The notes under the pieces: model-generated
The model's database searches: none
The model's input: only the letters and a program-made list of their open reading frames with translations
What the model was told of the DNA's origin: nothing
In this document: in pieces, positions 56,948 to 64,000 of the stretch
Numbering within the stretch: position 1 is the stretch's first letter
Layout of the letters: every line of letters starts with the position of its first letter
NCBI GenBank assembly: GCA_963681965.1
Contig: OY820579.1
Coordinates: 3,392,001 to 3,456,000 of the forward strand
Reading direction: 5' to 3'
DNA length: 64,000 nucleotides
From: a bacterium
Lineage (GTDB): Bacteria > Electryoneota > JAOADG01
Translations under genes and position numbers: made by a program

Positions 56948-59900
56948 TTTCGACCTCCCACATTCCGGGATTTCGTATCCGTTGATAGCGACTCGAAGCG
57001 CACTTTCACCGCATCCACCGGCGCAAGGACAGGTGCACTCGACGAACTGCCGAGATAAGCGCGGACCTGATAGAACTTCGGTGAAATACCGACGGCATTC
57101 GAATCGGTCCAAGTCGTGGTCGTAGCACCGGCAAGCGTTTTCAACAACGTCATAGTAGTGGGATAACTCGTGCCGGTGTAGACACGGTATCCATCCGGTG
57201 TCAAAGCGTGACCTAGCGTAGAATATTCGACCGGCGACCAGCTCAGAATGGCATGCGCGTCGGAAGTCGTTATACTCAGATTCTGCGGCGCTTGCGGAGT
57301 TTCGGTGTAAGCACTGACGATGGTGAAATTCACATTGCTGGTGTCGGCATCGGTAGCAAGCAATGTATTCGGATTACCCCAATACGACGTGATGCGAATG
57401 CGCGCATTCGTCGAAGGTGACCCGCTCACCGTCCAGAGTTCCATCCCGTCATTCGGTGTTTCGGTCGCAATCGTTTCCCAAGATCCTGATGGATAATTCC
57501 GGTTCAATTCGATCTTCACCGTACCACCGTTGATTGCCGCATACCAGCGAATCGTATCGACTGTACCAATCGTACACTGACGACCACTATCCGGCATTGT
57601 AATCACTGGATCGAGACCGCTATTGGTCAACGACCACTTGCCCAGACGCGCCACGCTCGTCACGAAATACTGATAGGTGATCATGCCACTCGTGTTGTGT
57701 GCAGCACCATCGACTACGCACATTCCACCCGGTTGATAGATCCAAGTGAGACCATCGTCGTCGGAATGCACCGCCATCACAGTCGGATTTGCGGTGGTCG
57801 GATCGCTGATTCCACCCGGTAAATCGGCAGTCGTAAAGCGCAACGTCAATTGCGCATTCTGGAAATTCGCAGCAGTCGCCGTCAGATCCCATTCACGATT
57901 GACTGTGCTGACACTGATGTCGTCGGATGCACTCCGGATGTAATGGACACCCAGCGAATCGGGATTATAATTACTGCTCGACTGATCTGGAAAATAGACA
58001 TCGGCTGGCGGTCGATCGGCAGTTGAAGCATCGTACGGAATCACCGGATTCCAGGTGTGCTGACGGTTCGCATTGGGATTACGGGTACGGTATGTATTCG
58101 CCCAATTGAAATAGAAAATTGTAAACGAGGTATCGGAGACGTCGGAAATCGAGGTATCGGCAACCGAGCGAATCCGGATCCAAGCAGCACTCGACGCCGA
58201 TCCGTCGGGACGCCATTCAAACATTCCGGTATTCGGCAGATTCGTACGCAAGGTATCCCAACTGCCGTTTCCGCGTTTGATATCGATTCCGACATTCCCC
58301 GTAACATTTACTGACGACCAGCGCAATGTGTCCGTGAGCCCCAATACAAACGGTTCGTAGCCATTCGGTCGAGTGACGGTGATCAGCGAATTGACGATGC
58401 GGAAACTGCTATTCGAGTAATCTTCGACACCATTGTTACCATCGACGATGTAAATAAATGCGTCATTGGAAATGGGACCGGTCGGTGTCCAGACAAAGTA
58501 TCCATCGCGCGTCCGAACGGTATCCATATCGGTAATCGATTCCGCTTCTCCCAAGATTCCATTGCGGTATAGATAGATCGAGATATATCCATTGTAGGTG
58601 GTTGTCCAGCGAATGGTATCGGGTCGATCGATCAAGAATCGTTCGCTGCCATTCGGGCGCGTGAGTGTTAACTGCGGTGTCGGCACAACCGTGAAATTTG
58701 CATCGGATGTATCGATTAAATCGGTGCGCCCAACCGGAACAACCCGGATGCGATACGTCGTAGTTGCGGGAGCGGTCGGCGTCCATGCCAGATAACCACG
58801 CGAAGCAGGGATATTGCTGCCGCCGGTAGCAGTGACCCACGGTGTCGGGAACGTGCGTGAGAATTGAATGTTAACATTCCCGGTAAAACCGTGGTACAGC
58901 CACCGAATAGTATCGGCGACATTCAACGTGAGTACATCGCCGCCATTCGGGTAAATCAGCGGATGATAGATTTCGAAATTGGCAGCAGATGTGGCGAGTA
59001 CGTTTCCGGTCACTTTCGATACGAGTCGAATGCGCGCCGTGGTGGTTGCCGGGTTCGGTGCACGCCAGAGATAGCGTCCGGTATTGGCGAGTGTGGTAAT
59101 CGAATCCCAACTTCCCGTCGGATAGTTTCGATTCAATTCGATTCGAATCGAATCGGTGACGGTTCCCGCTACCCACTTGACCGAATCCTGTACGCCGATC
59201 TGGAGAAATTCACCGCCATTCGGACGCGTGAACAACAGCCCCTCGTAGATCGTGAAGTTGGTATCGGAGAGATCCGATATCGTCGGATACACAAGGCTGG
59301 TGATGCGAATCCGCGCGATCGTCGACGCGGGTGTAGAAACAGTCCAGGCAAATTGTCCAGCAGTAGCAGTTTGTGTGGTCAGCGAATCCCACGTTCCCGA
59401 TGGATAACTGCGATTGATTTGAATAAGGACATTCCCGCCGAGATCTTGCGATGTCCAGCGGATCGTGTCGGCACTCCCCACCTGTTTGGCAAGCACGCTG
59501 TTCGGTGCAGTGACGGTGATTGCCGGATTGATGATGGTGAAATTCGCATCGCTGGTATCGGCAAGTGACGGTGTCGCGATCGAACTGATTCGCATGCGAG
59601 CGGTAGTCGATGATGTACCCACAACAGTCCAATGATAGCTGCCGGTGTTATCGGCACTGGCGGCGAGGGTATCCCATGTTCCGGTCGGATAGTTGCGATT
59701 CAGTTGGATGCAGACATTGCCGGTGAAACCAATCCCGCTCCAGCGGATCGTGTCGACGGTTCCGTAGCGAAGAGTCTCCGAGCCGTTGGGGTGAGAAAGG
59801 GTGAGCACCATTGCTGAGCGAACTAGGCGGAAACCTATGGTTTGAGAAGGTATATCACTATTATTTCGGAATGCAGATCTAGAATAAACAGGATATGTTC

Positions 59901-62900
59901 CCCATGATCCACCTCTATTGATATGATATGTTGAAGTTGGCGATATCCATGCACTACCATCTGTCGGAGCATTATTATAACTATCATGACTATAATCTTC
60001 ACACCATTCCCAAACATTACCATTGATATCGTAAAACCCCCACGGATTATGAAGATTATTTCCGATTACATGTGATGTATTGTTACTTACATAATAATTC
60101 CAGGCATAAAGAGGAATTTGAGTAGAATCGAGATCGTCTCCCCAGAAAAATCTAGTCGTAGTACCAGCTCTACACGCATACTCCCATTGAGCTTCACTTG
60201 GTAGAGTAAATAAGTTACCAATTGCAGTTTCGAACTGCTGGATATCATTCCAACTAACAGAATCCACTGGAAGGTGATCGTTACTACTGAAGTGTGATGG
60301 ATTATTTCCCATCACTGCGCCCCATTGTTGTTGAGTTACTTCAAATTTACCCATCCAAAACCCTTGCGAAAAGGTTACGGTATGCAACGGTCCTTCGTTT
60401 ACATCGCGTCCAATTTCGGTCGTGGGAGAACCCATTTGGAAGCTACCGGGAGGGCACCACACCATGTCGATACTCAGACCTGAATTACCCAGCGGGAAGG
60501 ATTGTTCCAGCACAATCGAGAAATTCGCATTCGATGTATCGCAGTAGGCAGCATTGGTCAAGGATGTAATTCGTATTCGATTGTTCGAATTGGTGGTGGT
60601 ACCGGTCACTGTCCAGAGATAACTCCCGGTATTCGGGGCGTTGTTGTTAATCGATTCCCACGTACCGCTCGGGTAATTGCGATTCAATTCAATATTAACA
60701 TTACCAGTGAAGCCGTTGCCATACCAGCGAATCGTATCCATGGTACCGACGCGAAGGATTTCGCTGCCATTCGGATGAGAAAGATTCAATTCCGGAGTGC
60801 AGGCGGAACAATCATAGATCTGAAGATTGCTATTCACATCCGCGACATACGCATAGGCACCCGAAACCGCGACCCAAAAGATATTTTTGGTTTCCGGACG
60901 GTCGAAAAATCCTACTTCGAATAGATTGGCAGGATTGCTGATATTGATTACCCGGAAACCGGAACTGCCATTGGTGAGATAAGCATAGTTACCGGCTACA
61001 GCGACACTCGGCACCGGATTAGAGGTAGTATAGACACCAACCGATTGTGGATTCGACGGAGCAGTGATATCGAGAATTCGTAAGCTAAATCCATCAACGA
61101 TATAAGCGAAGTTACCGACAATCGCGACATCACCTACCGAACCCGCCGTAGTGTATGATCCGACTTCCTGAGGACTGGTGGGATTACCGATATTCAAAAT
61201 TCTTAGACAACTGACCGAGCCTACCACATACGAATAGATATAAGCGTAATTGCCGAAAACATTGATGCTGTGAGCACCCCCCGTACCAGTATAAGAGCCA
61301 ACCACTTGCGGATTGCTCGGATTGCTGATGTCGACCACGCGTAACCCATTGGCGGTGCAGGCGACATAAGCGTAATTGCCGGAAACGGCGACATCGGTAG
61401 CATTACCCGGTAAAGCGCAAACGCCGGTGGAAACTGGACTAGCTGGATTGCCGATATTCACGATTCGCAACCCATTGTCGTAGTCGGCAACATAAGCGTA
61501 ATTGCCCGATACAGCCACTTTCATTGCGGTTCCGGGGGTATCGTAAAAACCGACCTCGACTGGATTCTGGGGATTACTGACGTTGACAATTCGCAATCCG
61601 GCTTCCATTGCCGCGACAAACGCATAGTTGCCAACTTGGACGATTCCGTAGGGATTACCGGCAGTCGTCAAGTATCCCACTCTACGCACTCCCGAACTAT
61701 CCATTCGAACCGTAAAATCCGCATTCGAGGTGTCGGAAAAGGTCGGTGTATTGATCGATGTGATGCGAATCCGATTGTGGGTAGCATATTGCGTGGTGCT
61801 AGTGGGGTTCCAAATTTCCTGACCATCATTCGCAGTATTGGCGAATAGTGATTCCCACGTACCGCTCGGATAGTTGCGATTGAGCTCGATACGGACATTG
61901 CCGCCAACATTACTTGCCCATTTGATAGTGTCCTGCTCTCCGATGCGGAAAGTCTCCCCGCCATTCGGTTTCGTCAACGTCAAATACAAATCTTGAATCT
62001 GGTCGCTACGCTGGATGCCGCCATTGTGCGAGGCGAGCAGCTTGCCATCGTTGCTGCGGGCGAGACCGAAGACGAATAGATTCGCGAGGTTGGCATCGGC
62101 CGCCGTCCAGGTCGCGCCATTATCGGTCGAGCAAAAAATCCCCGTCCCCTGATAGTCCGCGAAGTATACGCGCCCACTGTTGAAGCCCTGCGCCCCTTGG
62201 AACTGCGCGCCCACCACTTGCAGCGATGGCGTCCAGCTCGTACCCTCGTTGGTGGTTACGAAAATCCGTCCGTCGCTGGTGCCGGCAAAGATCGCGGCAG
62301 TCGTAAATGCGAACGAGATCACCGGAGCATCGCTCAAACCGCTGCTCGCCGTTGTCCAAGTCGGCGGATTGGCGGTTGGATTGGCGGAATATTGCACGGT
62401 GCTATTGTCACCCGCCGCGATCCAGACATTGCCGTTGCTGGCAGTGCCGACGGCATGAATGAATTGATCGTTGACCGTGAACCAATTGGTGCCACTGTTG
62501 CTCGAGCGGCTGAGACCCGCATAGGTCGCGGCATAGACGTGAGATCCCGTCGGCGAGCAGGCGAAATCGGTGGTGGTGAGGTCGGCGAGGTTGTTGTTGA
62601 CCTGCGTAAACGTGACACCCTGATCGGTCGAACGGTAGACCCCCGACCCGGCGGTACCGACATAAATGTTGCCAGTGGGACTGCAGCGCACACCGTAAGT
62701 GGGATTGGCAAAGGTGATCGACGATTGCGTCCAGCTCGCGCCGCTAGTGGTGGAGCGGAAAAAGTGGCGGTCTTGATCGGTCGCGTAGAGGTTGCCATTA
62801 GTCGGCGACACGGCAATGCGATCGTATGCGGTACTGGTCAGCAGCGCGCCCCAACTCAGATCGGGCGTCGGCGGGGGCAGAATCAGGAATGGCGCACTCG

Positions 62901-63999
62901 ACGTATCGAGCACTGCGGGATTGTTCACCGCCGAGATGCGAATGCGTGCATTGGCCGTGGCGGGTGCCGTGACGGTCCAGTCGGCTTCCCCGAGATTGAG
63001 CACACTGGCGGCGAGCGTCTCCCAGGTGCCGGTGGGATAATCGCGATTCAATTCGACTAGGATATTTCCGGCAACGCCCGAGGTCGTCCATTGTACGATA
63101 TCCTGCGACCCCACGATCAAGCGCTCCTCCCCATCGGGATGTGTGAGCGTCAAGGTGCCTTGGATCGTAAAATTGGCATCGCTGGTATCACCGATGGCGG
63201 GATTGTCGACCGACAGAACGCGCACTCGCGCAGTCGTCGAGGCGGGGCCGGTGACCGTCCACGCGTAGCTGCCGGTATTGGCGGTGCTGCTCGCTATCGT
63301 CTCCCAGGTGCCGGAGGGGTAGGTGCGGTTGAGTTGGAGGGAGATGGGGCCGGAGATATAGGAAGACGTCCAAAATATTGAATCTAGAGTATCAACGTAA
63401 TGAATCAGTCTACTATCAAAGGGCACTAATGTTAAGGCGTTAGCGATTCCTCTGAACCGGGCTACAAAACCATCCTCTGTATTACCCCGGAAAGTACTTT
63501 GAAATACACCTGAGGTACGAGGAAAATTCGAACTATATGTGTATCCGACGATAGTAACCCCGTCCGAATCATCTGGACATATTCCATAACTGACATCAAA
63601 ACTGCTACCACCAAAATATGTGCTATAGAGTAACGATGAACCTCTGTTGTTTAAGTGGGAAATGAAACACTCATCAATAGAACCACCACCGGATCCTTGC
63701 AAAGCATCCAGAGAACTTGGAAAATTAGTGCTGTAAGTATATCCAGTAGCGATTACGCCACCTGACTCATCAGAACATATCCCATACACTCCATCATCAT
63801 TGTTGCCGCCCAAATAAGTACTATACAATAATGATGAACCGGTCGAATTAAACTTTGCTACAAAACCATCGTTTGTACCACCACTATAAATCCGTAGAAA
63901 TGCTCCAATGGTAGTTGGAAAATTGGCACTAGCTGTACTTCCTGCTATCACAGCTAAACCGGAATTGTCTAAGCAAATTCCATCACAAATATCTGCACT
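56944..63999 (-). CDS. Giant modular secreted/surface protein C, 5'-truncated: SBBP repeats, BNR propeller, LVIVD repeats, FGE/C-type-lectin domain, 11 Ig-like modules, unknown domain, C-terminal FN3-like domain
   Basis: Frame open to the window edge (SADICDGICLDNSGLAV precedes 63951). LLYSTYLGG/T.S.NFP (SBBP) and LPSEAQWEYACRAG..GNVWEW..RGGSW..GFRL (FGE) motifs. C-terminal ~950 aa collinear with protein A. Confidence 0.9.
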   Translation of the reverse strand, partial: SADICDGICLDNSGLAVIAGSTASANFPTTIGAFLRIYSGGTNDGFVAKFNSTGSSLLYSTYLGGNNDDGVYGICSDESGGVIATGYTYSTNFPSSLDALQGSGGGSIDECFISHLNNRGSSLLYSTYFGGSSFDVSYGICPDDSDGVTIVGYTYSSNFPRTSGVFQSTFRGNTEDGFVARFRGIANALTLVPFDSRLIHYVDTLDSIFWTSSYISGPISLQLNRTYPSGTWETIASSTANTGSYAWTVTGPASTTARVRVLSVDNPAIGDTSDANFTIQGTLTLTHPDGEERLIVGSQDIVQWTTSGVAGNILVELNRDYPTGTWETLAASVLNLGEADWTVTAPATANARIRISAVNNPAVLDTSSAPFLILPPPTPDLSWGALLTSTAYDRIAVSPTNGNLYATDQDRHFFRSTTSGASWTQSSITFANPTYGVRCSPTGNIYVGTAGSGVYRSTDQGVTFTQVNNNLADLTTTDFACSPTGSHVYAATYAGLSRSSNSGTNWFTVNDQFIHAVGTASNGNVWIAAGDNSTVQYSANPTANPPTWTTASSGLSDAPVISFAFTTAAIFAGTSDGRIFVTTNEGTSWTPSLQVVGAQFQGAQGFNSGRVYFADYQGTGIFCSTDNGATWTAADANLANLFVFGLARSNDGKLLASHNGGIQRSDQIQDLYLTLTKPNGGETFRIGEQDTIKWASNVGGNVRIELNRNYPSGTWESLFANTANDGQEIWNPTSTTQYATHNRIRITSINTPTFSDTSNADFTVRMDSSGVRRVGYLTTAGNPYGIVQVGNYAFVAAMEAGLRIVNVSNPQNPVEVGFYDTPGTAMKVAVSGNYAYVADYDNGLRIVNIGNPASPVSTGVCALPGNATDVAVSGNYAYVACTANGLRVVDISNPSNPQVVGSYTGTGGAHSINVFGNYAYIYSYVVGSVSCLRILNIGNPTSPQEVGSYTTAGSVGDVAIVGNFAYIVDGFSLRILDITAPSNPQSVGVYTTSNPVPSVAVAGNYAYLTNGSSGFRVINISNPANLFEVGFFDRPETKNIFWVAVSGAYAYVADVNSNLQIYDCSACTPELNLSHPNGSEILRVGTMDTIRWYGNGFTGNVNIELNRNYPSGTWESINNNAPNTGSYLWTVTGTTTNSNNRIRITSLTNAAYCDTSNANFSIVLEQSFPLGNSGLSIDMVWCPPGSFQMGSPTTEIGRDVNEGPLHTVTFSQGFWMGKFEVTQQQWGAVMGNNPSHFSSNDHLPVDSVSWNDIQQFETAIGNLFTLPSEAQWEYACRAGTTTRFFWGDDLDSTQIPLYAWNYYVSNNTSHVIGNNLHNPWGFYDINGNVWEWCEDYSHDSYNNAPTDGSAWISPTSTYHINRGGSWGTYPVYSRSAFRNNSDIPSQTIGFRLVRSAMVLTLSHPNGSETLRYGTVDTIRWSGIGFTGNVCIQLNRNYPTGTWDTLAASADNTGSYHWTVVGTSSTTARMRISSIATPSLADTSDANFTIINPAITVTAPNSVLAKQVGSADTIRWTSQDLGGNVLIQINRSYPSGTWDSLTTQTATAGQFAWTVSTPASTIARIRITSLVYPTISDLSDTNFTIYEGLLFTRPNGGEFLQIGVQDSVKWVAGTVTDSIRIELNRNYPTGSWDSITTLANTGRYLWRAPNPATTTARIRLVSKVTGNVLATSAANFEIYHPLIYPNGGDVLTLNVADTIRWLYHGFTGNVNIQFSRTFPTPWVTATGGSNIPASRGYLAWTPTAPATTTYRIRVVPVGRTDLIDTSDANFTVVPTPQLTLTRPNGSERFLIDRPDTIRWTTTYNGYISIYLYRNGILGEAESITDMDTVRTRDGYFVWTPTGPISNDAFIYIVDGNNGVEDYSNSSFRIVNSLITVTRPNGYEPFVLGLTDTLRWSSVNVTGNVGIDIKRGNGSWDTLRTNLPNTGMFEWRPDGSASSAAWIRIRSVADTSISDVSDTSFTIFYFNWANTYRTRNPNANRQHTWNPVIPYDASTADRPPADVYFPDQSSSNYNPDSLGVHYIRSASDDISVSTVNREWDLTATAANFQNAQLTLRFTTADLPGGISDPTTANPTVMAVHSDDDGLTWIYQPGGMCVVDGAAHNTSGMITYQYFVTSVARLGKWSLTNSGLDPVITMPDSGRQCTIGTVDTIRWYAAINGGTVKIELNRNYPSGSWETIATETPNDGMELWTVSGSPSTNARIRITSYWGNPNTLLATDADTSNVNFTIVSAYTETPQAPQNLSITTSDAHAILSWSPVEYSTLGHALTPDGYRVYTGTSYPTTMTLLKTLAGATTTTWTDSNAVGISPKFYQVRAYLGSSSSAPVLAPVDAVKVRFESLSTDTKSRNVGGRK

Positions 64000-64000
64000 G

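Noticed and set aside
56948-57112. 55-aa N-terminal extension of cyclase copy 2 in the ORF track
   Set aside because: It overlaps the giant gene in another frame. The paralog starts at MSEQLL, and an SD precedes the ATG at 56947.
8635-59810. Large invertible segment or shufflon between the inverted C-block/cyclase duplicates
   Set aside because: The copies are diverged at many synonymous sites, and no site-specific recombinase or identical crossover sites were seen.
59815-60505. Complete diversity-generating retroelement
   Set aside because: No reverse transcriptase, accessory gene or template repeat in the window; kept only as a possible remote target.
62197-63060. 287-aa plus-strand ORF, and similar short antisense or alternative-frame ORFs throughout the window
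   Set aside because: Shadow ORFs of long genes, favoured by the GC-rich cassette; no recognisable motifs.
1-64000. CRISPR array, tRNA or rRNA genes
   Set aside because: No regularly spaced short repeats and no cloverleaf or rRNA signatures were found in the intergenic regions. The repeats seen are coding modules, REP-like hairpins, IS ends or the 135-bp pair.

Overview
Bacterial window, probably from an FCB-superphylum-type organism (inferred only from T9SS/Por-type C-terminal domains). Both ends carry giant modular exoprotein genes cut by the window edges (>3830 aa on +, >2350 aa on -). Each is translationally coupled to a paralogous soluble class III adenylate cyclase-STAND ATPase-TPR gene, and a third giant paralog (~2970 aa) follows the second cyclase. 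The giant proteins are built from beta-helix, LVIVD, BNR-propeller, SBBP, nidogen-like and FGE cassettes strung on a repeated ~92-aa Ig-like module. Cassette order differs between paralogs and GC content jumps at cassette junctions. Between them lies a ~19-kb, AT-richer minus-strand signalling cluster: PhnD-like lipoprotein, two multi-PAS/GAF kinases, NarL/UvrY-like regulator, REC protein, MCP, CheW, GAF-PAS protein, corrinoid protein and a UroD/MtaA-like protein. The cluster is bracketed by a ~135-bp imperfect direct repeat and contains an intact IS630. Next come a glutathione peroxidase, an old yellow enzyme, a DUF4105 protein, an S8 protease, thrS and a REP-flanked LVIVD gene. No rRNA, tRNA, CRISPR array or reverse transcriptase was seen. 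Best candidates for undescribed systems: (1) the giant exoprotein/cyclase-STAND-TPR pair with shuffled cassettes; (2) the corrinoid/pseudo-methyltransferase/hybrid-kinase signalling unit. All domain calls come from motif recognition by eye, not database searches.
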